Assembly (NCBI GenBank): GCA_002269645.1
Contig: NIVC01004846.1
Span: 1 to 33,538 of the forward strand
DNA from: Macrostomum lignano
Lineage: Eukaryota
Reading direction: 5' to 3'
DNA length: 33,538 bases
This document shows positions 19,000 to 32,097 of the stretch, one piece after another (positions within the stretch are counted from its first letter, which is position 1; every line of letters begins with the position of its first letter). The notes under the pieces are model-generated. The model was not told where the DNA came from, made no database searches, and saw only the letters and a program-made list of their open reading frames with translations. The translations under genes and the position numbers were made by a program.

Positions 19000-19882
19000 T
19001 CTGTGTTTTGCTTTTTGTGCTTGAAAGCTGCTTAGAGCTGCAATCGGGGCGACAGTAAGCAAGTCATATAGTGCTCACACAACAACACACACACACAGCA
19101 GCGAACGAAGTCTGCGTGCATCTTAATCAAGTAGCTAGCTAGAATTTTTAAGTGCTACCAACCAGAGTATAACTTAGCTAAATACCAAAGGAATTTCACT
19201 CTTTCTACTCATACAACTAATGATCGACGCTGGTTGCATTGATAAACCTGATGACCTGACCAGCTCGCAAGGGATGCCTAGAAATTATACATTTACGAGC
19301 CGTATACTCCATTTCCACAGATTAGTCTACAAAAGCCCAGTAGCTAATTATTGCACTGCAAAATGTCTAACTCTTATACATAAACTGAAACAGCCCCACT
19401 GTCAGCCTGTGAGCGAGAGGCCCCTAAGCCTTGAGGAGCATGAAACTATATACGTGACTAGGAAGCAGCAAAAATATTGGTAAAAGTAGAGCTCAAGCCG
19501 AAAAACGATTGTTGGTTGTTGCAACAACTTTGTAAGTAACTGATGCACCCAGTACAACAATGTAATTTACGACAAGTACATGACTGCCCATCAGAACAGA
19601 GCAGATGGTACCATAGTATAGAGCATGGCTGACAGGCTACGATTTACGTACTGTATAAAATGCGTCTGCGCTTTACAGTGCAGAGCTGTAGAGACTGCAG
19701 TTGTGTAGTATGTAACTGAGTATGATGCAACATTGATTAGTATCCGGCCAGCACATGTAATTACAATTCGCTATAAGTTGCAGTTTGATCAGCAGGCATC
19801 CAGCAACTCGTACAGGTCGGTAGGAGCGCCGCGATCAAGCCAGCATACAGGTTGGTATAGCGCGATCCGCAACGCACATCGA

Positions 19883-20007
19883 TCACTTCTTCTTATGACC
19901 GCCCTTGGCAGCGGCCTGCTCGCCCTCGGCTTTTTCCGGCTGCTGCTTGGCGGCGTCCTTGTGGCATCGGCGGCCTTCTTGTCGGCGGCGGCTTTCTTGG
20001 CAGGCAT
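19883..20007 (-). pseudogene. Gene A, copy 7, 1-bp deletion frameshift (or consensus error)
   Basis: cttgtggcat replaces cttgttggcat, so the frame reads MPAKKAAADKKAADA and then shifts to TRTPP... Confidence 0.5.
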
Positions 20008-20730
20008 GTTTGTCTGTTGAGATTAGGAAGCTGATGCTTGAAGCTGCAATTTGAGAAGCGAGCAGCTGCGGTTTGCAAGGTGACCAACGTCAACTTCAAG
20101 TATAGCTAGCTGGCTGTACATCCTCATTAGAAAAACTATCTAGATATGTCCTAAAGGGCACTTCTTCTTATTTAACCGCTTATTGGAGCAGTGCAGCTCT
20201 ACAAGGAACATTGGTGCATATCTAGCCTCTAGTTGGATGTGCTGGACAACGAAATCTAGAGGATGCTATATCAAGCCAAATGCAAGTAATGCCCCCTTTC
20301 TCTGTCTGCAACTGCTGATCTAACACAAAACATCCTAAGCATATAGGGAAACAGAGAGCATTTAAAGAACGAGAGCCGAAAACACCTGCTTGCTTTAAAA
20401 ATACTGTCCAATATGTAATTAGGAAATGCTACTGTAATTATTCTACAATCAAACAACTTTTTTCAAAGGATCAATTTACAACTATAAGCTTTCGTCAGCA
20501 CGTGAGTAAGGTTAGTACAGTACAGAATACAGTAAGTAACCTAATTGCAGTTTCAGAGCTGGATGCAGCGACTCTTTAGCCCTAACAAAGACGATACGCT
20601 AATGCGGACAGATTATAGTATACTGTACAGGTATAGAGAGAGCTCAGAGTTCCACTCAGTCACGCCAATAGTAGGCCTGGCTGTCATGCGGTGCAGAGCA
20701 CACCTAACAATTGATCTCTCTGAAATCGCA

Positions 20731-20871
20731 TCACTTCTTCTGACCGGCCTTGGCGGCAGCGCCACCAGCCTGCTGTTGTTGTTGCTGCTGCTTTTGCTGC
20801 TTGGCGTCCTTGTTGGCATCGGCTGCCTGCTGCTTGCCGGCTCCCTGCTGCTGGTTCTGCTTGGCTGGCAT
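20731..20871 (-). CDS. Micropeptide gene B, copy 7
   Basis: The CDS is intact. The 1-bp deletion in this unit lies upstream of the ATG. Confidence 0.7.
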   Translation of the reverse strand: MPAKQNQQQGAGKQQAADANKDAKQQKQQQQQQQAGGAAAKAGQKK

Positions 20872-21754
20872 TCTGTGTTTTGCTTTTTGTGCTTGAAGCT
20901 GCTTAGAGCTGCAATCGGGGCGACAGTAAGCAAGTCATATAGTGCTCACACAACAACAACACACACACAGCAGCGAACGAAGTCTGCGTGCATCTTAATC
21001 AAGTAGCTAGCTAGAATTTTTAAGTGCTACCAACCAGAGTATAACTTAGCTAAATACCAAAGGAATTTCACTCTTTCTACTCATACAACTAATGATCGAC
21101 GCTGGTTGCATTGATAAACCTGATGACCTGACCAGCTCGCAAGGGATGCCTAGAAATTATACATTTACGAGCCGTATACTCCATTTCCACAGATTAGTCT
21201 ACAAAAGCCCAGTAGCTAATTATTGCACTGCAAAATGTCTAACTCTTATACATAAACTGAAACAGCCCCACTGTCAGCCTGTGAGCGAGAGGCCCCTAAG
21301 CCTTGAGGAGCATGAAACTATATACGTGACTAGGAAGCAGCAAAAATATTGGTAAAAGTAGAGCTCAAGCCGAAAAACGATTGTTGGTTGTTGCAACAAC
21401 TTTGTAAGTAACTGATGCACCCAGTACAACAATGTAATTTACGACAAGTACATGACTGCCCATCAGAACAGAGCAGCTGGTACCATAGTATAGAGCATGG
21501 CTGACAGGCTACGATTTACGTACTGTATAAAATGCGTCTGCGCTTTACAGTGCAGAGCTGTAGAGACTGCAGTTGTGTAGTATGTAACTGAGTATGATGC
21601 AACATTGATTAGTAAACGGCCAGCACATGTAATTACAGTTCACTATAAGTTGCAGTTTGATCAGCAGGCATCCAGCAACTCGTACAGGTCGGTAGGAGCG
21701 CCGCGATCAAGCCAGCATACAGGTTGGTATAGCGCGATCCGCAACGCACATCGA

Positions 21755-21877
21755 TCACTTCTTCTTATGACCGCCCTTGGCAGCGGCCTGCTCGCCCTCG
21801 GCTTTTTCCGGCTGCTGCTTGGCGTCCTTGCTGGCATCGGCGGCCTTCTTGTCGGCGGCGGCTTTCTTGGCAGGCAT
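21755..21877 (-). CDS. Micropeptide gene A, copy 8 (type II, 40 aa, MPAKKAAADKKAADASKDAKQQPEKAEGEQAAAKGGHKKK)
   Basis: Carries an in-frame 3-bp difference and N-to-S relative to type I. Confidence 0.72.
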   Translation of the reverse strand: MPAKKAAADKKAADASKDAKQQPEKAEGEQAAAKGGHKKK

Positions 21878-22597
21878 GTTTGTCTGTTGAGATTAGGAAG
21901 CTGATGCTTGGCCTGCAATTTGAGAAGCGAGCAGCTGAGGTTTGCAACGTGACCAACGTCAACTTCAAGTATAGCTAGCTGGCTGTACATCCTCATTAGA
22001 AAAACTATCTAGATATATCTCACGGGCACTTCTTCTTATTTAACCGCTTATTGGAGCAGTGCAGCTCTACAAGGACATTGGTGCATATCTAGCCTCTAGT
22101 TGGATGTGCTGGACAACGAAATCTAGAGGATGCTATATCAAGCCAAATACAAGTAATGCCCCCTTTCTCTGTCTGCAACTGCTGATCTAACACAAAACAT
22201 CTAAGCATATAGGGAAACAGAGAGCATTTAAAGAACGAGAGCCGAAAACACCTGCTTGCTTTAAAAATACTGTCCAATATGTAATTAGGAAATGCTACTG
22301 TAATTATTCTACAATCAAACAACTTTTTTCAATGGATCAATTTACAACTATAAGCTTTCGTCAGCACGTGAGTAAGGTTAGTACAGTACAGAATACAGTA
22401 AGTAACCTTGCAGTTTCAGAGCTGGGTGCTGCGACTCTTTAGCCCTAACAAAGACGATACGCTAATGCGGACAGATTATAGTATACTGTATGTACAGGTA
22501 TAGAGATAGCTCAGAGTTCCACTCAGTCACGCCAATAGTAGGCCTGGCTGTCATGCGGTGCAGAGCACACCTAACAATTGATCTCTCTGAAATCGCA

Positions 22598-22738
22598 TCA
22601 CTTCTTCTGACCGGCCTTGGCGGCAGCGCCACCAGCCTGCTGTTGTTGTTGCTGCTGCTTTTGCTGCTTGGCGTCCTTGTTGGCATCGGCTGCCTGCTGC
22701 TTGCCGGCTCCCTGCTGCTGGTTCTGCTTGGCTGGCAT
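22598..22738 (-). CDS. Micropeptide gene B, copy 8
   Basis: Same 46-aa ORF as copy 1. Confidence 0.72.
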   Translation of the reverse strand: MPAKQNQQQGAGKQQAADANKDAKQQKQQQQQQQAGGAAAKAGQKK

Positions 22739-23620
22739 TCTGTGTTTTGCTTTTTGTGCTTGAGAGCTGCTTAGAGCTGCAATCGGGGCGACAGTAAGCA
22801 AGTCATATAGTGCTCACACAACAACACACACACACAGCAGCGAACGAAGTCTGCGTGCATCTTAATCAAGTAGCTAGCTACAATTTTTAAGTGCTACCAA
22901 CCAGAGTATAACTTAGCTAAATACCAAAGGAATTTCACTCTTTCTACTCATACAACTAATGATCGACGCTGGTTGCATTGATAAACCTGATGACCTGACC
23001 AGCTCGCAAGGGATGCCTAGAAATTATACATTTACGAGCCGTACACTCCATTTCCACAGATTAGTCACAAAAGCCCAGTAGCTAGTTATTGCACTACAAA
23101 ATGTCTAACTCTTATACATAAACTGAAACAGCCCCACTGTCAGCCTGTGAGCGAGAGGCCCCTAAGCCTTGAGGAGCATGAAACTATATACGTGACTAGG
23201 AAGCAGCAAAAATATTGGTAAAAGTAGAGCTCAAGCCGAAAAACGATTGTTGGTTGTTGCAACAACTTTGTAAGTAACTGATGCACCCAGTACAACAATG
23301 TAATTTACGACAAGTACATGACTGCCCATCAGAACAGAGCAGCTGGTACCATAGTATAGAGCATGGCTGACAGGCTACGATTTACGTACTGTATAAAATG
23401 CGTCTGCGCTTTACAGTGCAGAGCTGTAGAGACTGCAGTTGTGTAGTATGTAACTGAGTATGATGCAACATTGATTAGTAAACGGCCAGCACATGTAATT
23501 ACAGTTCACTATAAGTTGCAGTTTGATCAGCAGGCATCCAGCAACTCGTACAGGTCGGTAGGAGCGCCGCGATCAAGCCAGCATACAGGTTGGTATAGCG
23601 CGATCCGCAACGCACATCGA

Positions 23621-23743
23621 TCACTTCTTCTTATGACCGCCCTTGGCAGCGGCCTGCTCGCCCTCGGCTTTTTCCGGCTGCTGCTTGGCGTCCTTGCTGG
23701 CATCGGCGGCCTTCTTGTCGGCGGCGGCTTTCTTGGCAGGCAT
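23621..23743 (-). CDS. Micropeptide gene A, copy 9 (type II)
   Basis: Same CDS as copy 8. Confidence 0.72.
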   Translation of the reverse strand: MPAKKAAADKKAADASKDAKQQPEKAEGEQAAAKGGHKKK

Positions 23744-24466
23744 GTTTGTCTGTTGAGATTAGGAAGCTGATGCTTGGAGCTGCAATTTGAGAAGCGAGCA
23801 GCTGAGGTTTGCAACGTGACCAACGTCAACTTCAAGTATAGCTAGCTGGCTGTACATCCTCATTAGAAAAACTATCTAGATATATTCTCACGGGCACTTC
23901 TTCTTCTTTAACCGCTTATTGGAGCAGTGCAGCTCTACAAGGACATTGGTGCATATCTAGCCTCTAGTTGGATGTGCTGGACAACGAAATCTAGAGGATG
24001 CTATATCAAGCCAAATACAAGTAATGCCCCCTTTCTCTGTCTGCAACTGCTGATCTAACACAAAACATGCTAAGCATATAGGGAAACAGAGAGCATTTAA
24101 AGAACGAGAGCCGAAAACACCTGCTTGCTTTAAAAATACTGTCCAATATGTAATTTGGAAATGCTACTGTAATTATTCTACAATCAAACAACTTTTTTCA
24201 ATGGATCAATTTACAACTATAAGCTTTCGTCAGCACGTGAGTAAGGTTAGTACAGTACAGAATACAGTAAGTAACCTTGCAGTTTCAGAGCTGGATGCTG
24301 CGACTCTTTAGCCCTAACAAAGACGATACGCTAATGCGGACAGATTATAGTATACTGTATGTACAGGTATAGAGATAGCTCAGAGTTCCACTCAGTCACG
24401 CCAATAGTAGGCCTGGCTGTCATGCGGTGCAGAGCACACCTAACAATTGATCTCTCTGAAATCGCA

Positions 24467-24607
24467 TCACTTCTTCTGACCGGCCTTGGCGGCAGCGCCA
24501 CCAGCCTGCTGTTGTTGTTGCTGCTGCTTTTGCTGCTTGGCGTCCTTGTTGGCATCGGCTGCCTGCTGCTTGCCGGCTCCCTGCTGCTGGTTCTGCTTGG
24601 CTGGCAT
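24467..24607 (-). CDS. Micropeptide gene B, copy 9
   Basis: Same 46-aa ORF as copy 1. Confidence 0.72.
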   Translation of the reverse strand: MPAKQNQQQGAGKQQAADANKDAKQQKQQQQQQQAGGAAAKAGQKK

Positions 24608-25489
24608 TCTGTGTTTTGCTTTTTGTGCTTGAGAGCTGCTTAGAGCTGCAATCGGGGCGACAGTAAGCAAGTCATATAGTGCTCACACAACAACACACAC
24701 ACAGCAGCGAACGAAGTCTGTGTGCATCTTAATCAAGTAGCTAGCTACAATTTTTAAGTGCTACCAACCAGAGTATAACTTAGCTAACTACCAAAGGAAT
24801 TTCACTCTTTCTACTCATACAACTAATGATCGACGCTGGTTGCATTGATAAACCTGATAAACCTGACCAGCTCGCAAGGGATGCCTAGAAATTATACATT
24901 TACGAGCCGTACACTCCATTTCCACAGATTAGAACACAAAAGCCCAGTAGCTAGTTATTGCACTACAAAATGTCTAACTCTTATACATAAACTGAAACAG
25001 CCCCACTGTCAGCCTGTGAGCGAGAGGCCCCTAAGCCTTGAGGAGCATGAAACTATATACGTGACTAGGAAGCAGCAAAAATATTGGTAAAAGTAGAGCT
25101 CAAGCCGAAAAACGATTGTTGGTTGTTGCAACAACTTTGTAAGTAACTGATGCACCCAGTACAACAATGTAATTTACGACAAGTACATGACTGCCCATCA
25201 GAACAGAGCAGCTGGTACCATAGTATAGAGCATGGCTGACAGGCTACGATTTACGTACTGTATAAAATGCGTCTGCGCTTTACAGTGCAGAGCTGTAGAG
25301 ACTGCAGTTGTGTAGTATGTAACTGAGTATGATGCAACATTGATTAGTATCCGGCCAGCACATGTAATTACAATTCGCTATAAGTTGCAGTTTGATCAGC
25401 AGGCATCCAGCAACTCGTACAGGTCGGTAGGAGCGCCGCGATCAAGCCAGCATACAGGTTGGTATAGCGCGATCCGCAACGCACATCGA

Positions 25490-25612
25490 TCACTTCTTCT
25501 TATGACCGCCCTTGGCAGCGGCCTGCTCGCCCTCGGCTTTTTCCGGCTGCTGCTTGGCGTCCTTGCTGGCATCGGCGGCCTTCTTGTCGGCGGCGGCTTT
25601 CTTGGCAGGCAT
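25490..25612 (-). CDS. Micropeptide gene A, copy 10 (type II)
   Basis: Same CDS as copy 8. Confidence 0.72.
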   Translation of the reverse strand: MPAKKAAADKKAADASKDAKQQPEKAEGEQAAAKGGHKKK

Positions 25613-26336
25613 GTTTGTCTGTTGAGATTAGGAAGCTGATGCTTGGAGCTGCAATTTGAGAAGCGAGCAGCTGAGGTTTGCAACGTGACCAACGTCAACT
25701 TCAAGTATAGCTAGCTGGCTGTACATCCTCATTAGAAAAACTATCTAGATATATTCTCACGGGCACTTCTTCTTCTTTAACCGCTTATTGGAGCAGTGCA
25801 GCTCTACAAGGACCATTGGTGCATATCTAGCCTCTAGTTGGATGTGCTGGACAACGAAATCTAGAGGATGCTATATCAAGCCAAATACAAGTAATGCCCC
25901 CTTTCTCTGTCTGCAACTGCTGATCTAACACAAAACATGCTAAGCATATAGGGAAACAGAGAGCATTTAAAGAACGAGAGCCGAAAACACCTGCTTGCTT
26001 TAAAAATACTGTCCAATATGTAATTTGGAAATGCTACTGTAATTATTCTACAATCAAACAACTTTTTTCAATGGATCAATTTACAACTATAAGCTTTCGT
26101 CAGCACGTGAGTAAGGTTAGTACAGTACAGAATACAGTAAGTAACCTTGCAGTTTCAGAGCTGGGTGCTGCGACTCTTTAGCCCCAACAAAGACGATACG
26201 CTAATGCGGACAGATTATAGTATACTGTATGTACAGGTATAGAGATAGCTCAGAGTTCCACTCAGTCACGCCAATAGTAGGCCTGGCTGTCATGCGGTGC
26301 AGAGCACACCTAACAATTGATCTCTCTGAAATCGCA

Positions 26337-26477
26337 TCACTTCTTCTGACCGGCCTTGGCGGCAGCGCCACCAGCCTGCTGTTGTTGTTGCTGCTGCTTT
26401 TGCTGCTTGGCGTCCTTGTTGGCATCGGCTGCCTGCTGCTTGCCGGCTCCCTGCTGCTGGTTCTGCTTGGCTGGCAT
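26337..26477 (-). CDS. Micropeptide gene B, copy 10
   Basis: Same 46-aa ORF as copy 1. Confidence 0.72.
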   Translation of the reverse strand: MPAKQNQQQGAGKQQAADANKDAKQQKQQQQQQQAGGAAAKAGQKK

Positions 26478-27359
26478 TCTGTGTTTTGCTTTTTGTGCTT
26501 GAGAGCTGCTTAGAGCTGCAATCGGGGCGACAGTAAGCAAGTCATATAGTGCTCACACAACAACACACACACAGCAGCGAACGAAGTCTGTGTGCATCTT
26601 AATCAAGTAGCTAGCTACAATTTTTAAGTGCTACCAACCAGAGTATAACTTAGCTAACTACCAAAGGAATTTCACTCTTTCTACTCATACAACTAATGAT
26701 CGACGCTGGTTGCATTGATAAACCTGATAAACCTGACCAGCTCGCAAGGGATGCCTAGAAATTATACATTTACGAGCCGTACACTCCATTTCCACAGATT
26801 AGAACACAAAAGCCCAGTAGCTAGTTATTGCACTACAAAATGTCTAACTCTTATACATAAACTGAAACAGCCCCACTGTCAGCCTGTGAGCGAGAGGCCC
26901 CTAAGCCTTGAGGAGCATGAAACTATATACGTGACTAGGAAGCAGCAAAAATATTGGTAAAAGTAGAGCTCAAGCCGAAAAACGATTGTTGGTTGTTGCA
27001 ACAACTTTGTAAGTAACTGATGCACCCAGTACAACAATGTAATTTACGACAAGTACATGACTGCCCATCAGAACAGAGCAGCTGGTACCATAGTATAGAG
27101 CATGGCTGACAGGCTACGATTTACGTACTGTATAAAATGCGTCTGCGCTTTACAGTGCAGAGCTGTAGAGACTGCAGTTGTGTAGTATGTAACTGAGTAT
27201 GATGCAACATTGATTAGTATCCGGCCAGCACATGTAATTACAATTCGCTATAAGTTGCAGTTTGATCAGCAGGCATCCAGCAACTCGTACAGGTCGGTAG
27301 GAGCGCCGCGATCAAGCCAGCATACAGGTTGGTATAGCGCGATCCGCAACGCACATCGA

Positions 27360-27482
27360 TCACTTCTTCTTATGACCGCCCTTGGCAGCGGCCTGCTCGC
27401 CCTCGGCTTTTTCCGGCTGCTGCTTGGCGTCCTTGCTGGCATCGGCGGCCTTCTTGTCGGCGGCGGCTTTCTTGGCAGGCAT
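27360..27482 (-). CDS. Micropeptide gene A, copy 11 (type II)
   Basis: Same CDS as copy 8. Confidence 0.72.
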   Translation of the reverse strand: MPAKKAAADKKAADASKDAKQQPEKAEGEQAAAKGGHKKK

Positions 27483-28206
27483 GTTTGTCTGTTGAGATTA
27501 GGAAGCTGATGCTTGGAGCTGCAATTTGAGAAGCGAGCAGCTGAGGTTTGCAACGTGACCAACGTCAACTTCAAGTATAGCTAGCTGGCTGTACATCCTC
27601 ATTAGAAAAACTATCTAGATATATTCTCACGGGCACTTCTTCTTCTTTAACCGCTTATTGGAGCAGTGCAGCTCTACAAGGACCATTGGTGCATATCTAG
27701 CCTCTAGTTGGATGTGCTGGACAACGAAATCTAGAGGATGCTATATCAAGCCAAATACAAGTAATGCCCCCTTTCTCTGTCTGCAACTGCTGATCTAACA
27801 CAAAACATGCTAAGCATATAGGGAAACAGAGAGCATTTAAAGAACGAGAGCCGAAAACACCTGCTTGCTTTAAAAATACTGTCCAATATGTAATTTGGAA
27901 ATGCTACTGTAATTATTCTACAATCAAACAACTTTTTTCAATGGATCAATTTACAACTATAAGCTTTCGTCAGCACGTGAGTAAGGTTAGTACAGTACAG
28001 AATACAGTAAGTAACCTTGCAGTTTCAGAGCTGGGTGCTGCGACTCTTTAGCCCCAACAAAGACGATACGCTAATGCGGACAGATTATAGTATACTGTAT
28101 GTACAGGTATAGAGATAGCTCAGAGTTCCACTCAGTCACGCCAATAGTAGGCCTGGCTGTCATGCGGTGCAGAGCACACCTAACAATTGATCTCTCTGAA
28201 ATCGCA

Positions 28207-28347
28207 TCACTTCTTCTGACCGGCCTTGGCGGCAGCGCCACCAGCCTGCTGTTGTTGTTGCTGCTGCTTTTGCTGCTTGGCGTCCTTGTTGGCATCGGCT
28301 GCCTGCTGCTTGCCGGCTCCCTGCTGCTGGTTCTGCTTGGCTGGCAT
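28207..28347 (-). CDS. Micropeptide gene B, copy 11
   Basis: Same 46-aa ORF as copy 1. Confidence 0.72.
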   Translation of the reverse strand: MPAKQNQQQGAGKQQAADANKDAKQQKQQQQQQQAGGAAAKAGQKK

Positions 28348-29229
28348 TCTGTGTTTTGCTTTTTGTGCTTGAGAGCTGCTTAGAGCTGCAATCGGGGCGA
28401 CAGTAAGCAAGTCATATAGTGCTCACACAACAACACACACACAGCAGCGAACGAAGTCTGTGTGCATCTTAATCAAGTAGCTAGCTACAATTTTTAAGTG
28501 CTACCAACCAGAGTATAACTTAGCTAACTACCAAAGGAATTTCACTCTTTCTACTCATACAACTAATGATCGACGCTGGTTGCATTGATAAACCTGATAA
28601 ACCTGACCAGCTCGCAAGGGATGCCTAGAAATTATACATTTACGAGCCGTACACTCCATTTCCACAGATTAGAACACAAAAGCCCAGTAGCTAGTTATTG
28701 CACTACAAAATGTCTAACTCTTATACATAAACTGAAACAGCCCCACTGTCAGCCTGTGAGCGAGAGGCCCCTAAGCCTTGAGGAGCATGAAACTATATAC
28801 GTGACTAGGAAGCAGCAAAAATATTGGTAAAAGTAGAGCTCAAGCCGAAAAACGATTGTTGGTTGTTGCAACAACTTTGTAAGTAACTGATGCACCCAGT
28901 ACAACAATGTAATTTACGACAAGTACATGACTGCCCATCAGAACAGAGCAGCTGGTACCATAGTATAGAGCATGGCTGACAGGCTACGATTTACGTACTG
29001 TATAAAATGCGTCTGCGCTTTACAGTGCAGAGCTGTAGAGACTGCAGTTGTGTAGTATGTAACTGAGTATGATGCAACATTGATTAGTATCCGGCCAGCA
29101 CATGTAATTACAATTCGCTATAAGTTGCAGTTTGATCAGCAGGCATCCAGCAACTCGTACAGGTCGGTAGGAGCGCCGCGATCAAGCCAGCATACAGGTT
29201 GGTATAGCGCGATCCGCAACGCACATCGA

Positions 29230-29352
29230 TCACTTCTTCTTATGACCGCCCTTGGCAGCGGCCTGCTCGCCCTCGGCTTTTTCCGGCTGCTGCTTGGCGT
29301 CCTTGCTGGCATCGGCGGCCTTCTTGTCGGCGGCGGCTTTCTTGGCAGGCAT
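29230..29352 (-). CDS. Micropeptide gene A, copy 12 (type II)
   Basis: Same CDS as copy 8. Confidence 0.72.
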   Translation of the reverse strand: MPAKKAAADKKAADASKDAKQQPEKAEGEQAAAKGGHKKK

Positions 29353-30081
29353 GTTTGTCTGTTGAGATTAGGAAGCTGATGCTTGGAGCTGCAATTTGAG
29401 AAGCGAGCAGCTGAGGTTTGCAACGTGACCAACGTCAACTTCAAGTATAGCTAGCTGGCTGTACATCCTCATTAGAAAAACTATCTAGATATATTCTCAC
29501 GGGCACTTCTTCTTCTTTAACCGCTTATTGGAGCAGTGCAGCTCTACAAGGACCATTGGTGCATATCTAGCCTCTAGTTGGATGTGCTGGACAACGAAAT
29601 CTAGAGGATGCTATATCAAGCCAAATACAAGTAATGCCCCCTTTCTCTGTCTGCAACTGCTGATCTAACACAAAACATGCTAAGCATATAGGGAAACAGA
29701 GAGCATTTAAAGAACGAGAGCCGAAAACACCTGCTTGCTTTAAAAATACTGTCCAATATGTAATTTGGAAATGCTACTGTAATTATTCTACAATCAAACA
29801 ACTTTTTTCAATGGATCAATTTACAACTATAAGCTTTCGTCAGCACGTGAGTAAGGTTAGTACAGTACAGAATACAGTAAGTAACCTTGCAGTTTCAGAG
29901 CTGGGTGCTGCGACTCTTTAGCCCCAACAAAGACGATACGCTAATGCGGACAGATTATAGTATACTGTATGTACAGGTATAGAGATAGCTCAGAGTTCCA
30001 CTCAGTCACGCCAATAGTAGGCCTGGCTGTCATGCGGTGCAGAGCACACCTAACAATTGATCTCTCTGAAATCGCATCGCA

Positions 30082-30222
30082 TCACTTCTTCTGACCGGCC
30101 TTGGCGGCAGCGCCACCAGCCTGCTGTTGTTGTTGCTGCTGCTTTTGCTGCTTGGCGTCCTTGTTGGCATCGGCTGCCTGCTGCTTGCCGGCTCCCTGCT
30201 GCTGGTTCTGCTTGGCTGGCAT
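30082..30222 (-). CDS. Micropeptide gene B, copy 12
   Basis: Same 46-aa ORF as copy 1, with a 5-bp atcgc duplication just past the stop. Confidence 0.72.
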   Translation of the reverse strand: MPAKQNQQQGAGKQQAADANKDAKQQKQQQQQQQAGGAAAKAGQKK

Positions 30223-31104
30223 TCTGTGTTTTGCTTTTTGTGCTTGAGAGCTGCTTAGAGCTGCAATCGGGGCGACAGTAAGCAAGTCATATAGTGCTCA
30301 CACAACAACACACACACAGCAGCGAACGAAGTCTGTGTGCATCTTAATCAAGTAGCTAGCTACAATTTTTAAGTGCTACCAACCAGAGTATAACTTAGCT
30401 AACTACCAAAGGAATTTCACTCTTTCTACTCATACAACTAATGATCGACGCTGGTTGCATTGATAAACCTGATAAACCTGACCAGCTCGCAAGGGATGCC
30501 TAGAAATTATACATTTACGAGCCGTACACTCCATTTCCACAGATTAGAACACAAAAGCCCAGTAGCTAGTTATTGCACTACAAAATGTCTAACTCTTATA
30601 CATAAACTGAAACAGCCCCACTGTCAGCCTGTGAGCGAGAGGCCCCTAAGCCTTGAGGAGCATGAAACTATATACGTGACTAGGAAGCAGCAAAAATATT
30701 GGTAAAAGTAGAGCTCAAGCCGAAAAACGATTGTTGGTTGTTGCAACAACTTTGTAAGTAACTGATGCACCCAGTACAACAATGTAATTTACGACAAGTA
30801 CATGACTGCCCATCAGAACAGAGCAGCTGGTACCATAGTATAGAGCATGGCTGACAGGCTACGATTTACGTACTGTATAAAATGCGTCTGCGCTTTACAG
30901 TGCAGAGCTGTAGAGACTGCAGTTGTGTAGTATGTAACTGAGTATGATGCAACATTGATTAGTATCCGGCCAGCACATGTAATTACAATTCGCTATAAGT
31001 TGCAGTTTGATCAGCAGGCATCCAGCAACTCGTACAGGTCGGTAGGAGCGCCGCGATCAAGCCAGCATACAGGTTGGTATAGCGCGATCCGCAACGCACA
31101 TCGA

Positions 31105-31227
31105 TCACTTCTTCTTATGACCGCCCTTGGCAGCGGCCTGCTCGCCCTCGGCTTTTTCCGGCTGCTGCTTGGCGTCCTTGCTGGCATCGGCGGCCTTCTT
31201 GTCGGCGGCGGCTTTCTTGGCAGGCAT
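31105..31227 (-). CDS. Micropeptide gene A, copy 13 (type II)
   Basis: Same CDS as copy 8. Confidence 0.72.
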   Translation of the reverse strand: MPAKKAAADKKAADASKDAKQQPEKAEGEQAAAKGGHKKK

Positions 31228-31956
31228 GTTTGTCTGTTGAGATTAGGAAGCTGATGCTTGGAGCTGCAATTTGAGAAGCGAGCAGCTGAGGTTTGCAACG
31301 TGACCAACGTCAACTTCAAGTATAGCTAGCTGGCTGTACATCCTCATTAGAAAAACTATCTAGATATATTCTCACGGGCACTTCTTCTTCTTTAACCGCT
31401 TATTGGAGCAGTGCAGCTCTACAAGGACCATTGGTGCATATCTAGCCTCTAGTTGGATGTGCTGGACAACGAAATCTAGAGGATGCTATATCAAGCCAAA
31501 TACAAGTAATGCCCCCTTTCTCTGTCTGCAACTGCTGATCTAACACAAAACATGCTAAGCATATAGGGAAACAGAGAGCATTTAAAGAACGAGAGCCGAA
31601 AACACCTGCTTGCTTTAAAAATACTGTCCAATATGTAATTTGGAAATGCTACTGTAATTATTCTACAATCAAACAACTTTTTTCAATGGATCAATTTACA
31701 ACTATAAGCTTTCGTCAGCACGTGAGTAAGGTTAGTACAGTACAGAATACAGTAAGTAACCTTGCAGTTTCAGAGCTGGGTGCTGCGACTCTTTAGCCCC
31801 AACAAAGACGATACGCTAATGCGGACAGATTATAGTATACTGTATGTACAGGTATAGAGATAGCTCAGAGTTCCACTCAGTCACGCCAATAGTAGGCCTG
31901 GCTGTCATGCGGTGCAGAGCACACCTAACAATTGATCTCTCTGAAATCGCATCGCA

Positions 31957-32097
31957 TCACTTCTTCTGACCGGCCTTGGCGGCAGCGCCACCAGCCTGCT
32001 GTTGTTGTTGCTGCTGCTTTTGCTGCTTGGCGTCCTTGTTGGCATCGGCTGCCTGCTGCTTGCCGGCTCCCTGCTGCTGGTTCTGCTTGGCTGGCAT
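31957..32097 (-). CDS. Micropeptide gene B, copy 13
   Basis: Same 46-aa ORF as copy 1, with the same 5-bp duplication as copy 12. Confidence 0.72.
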   Translation of the reverse strand: MPAKQNQQQGAGKQQAADANKDAKQQKQQQQQQQAGGAAAKAGQKK

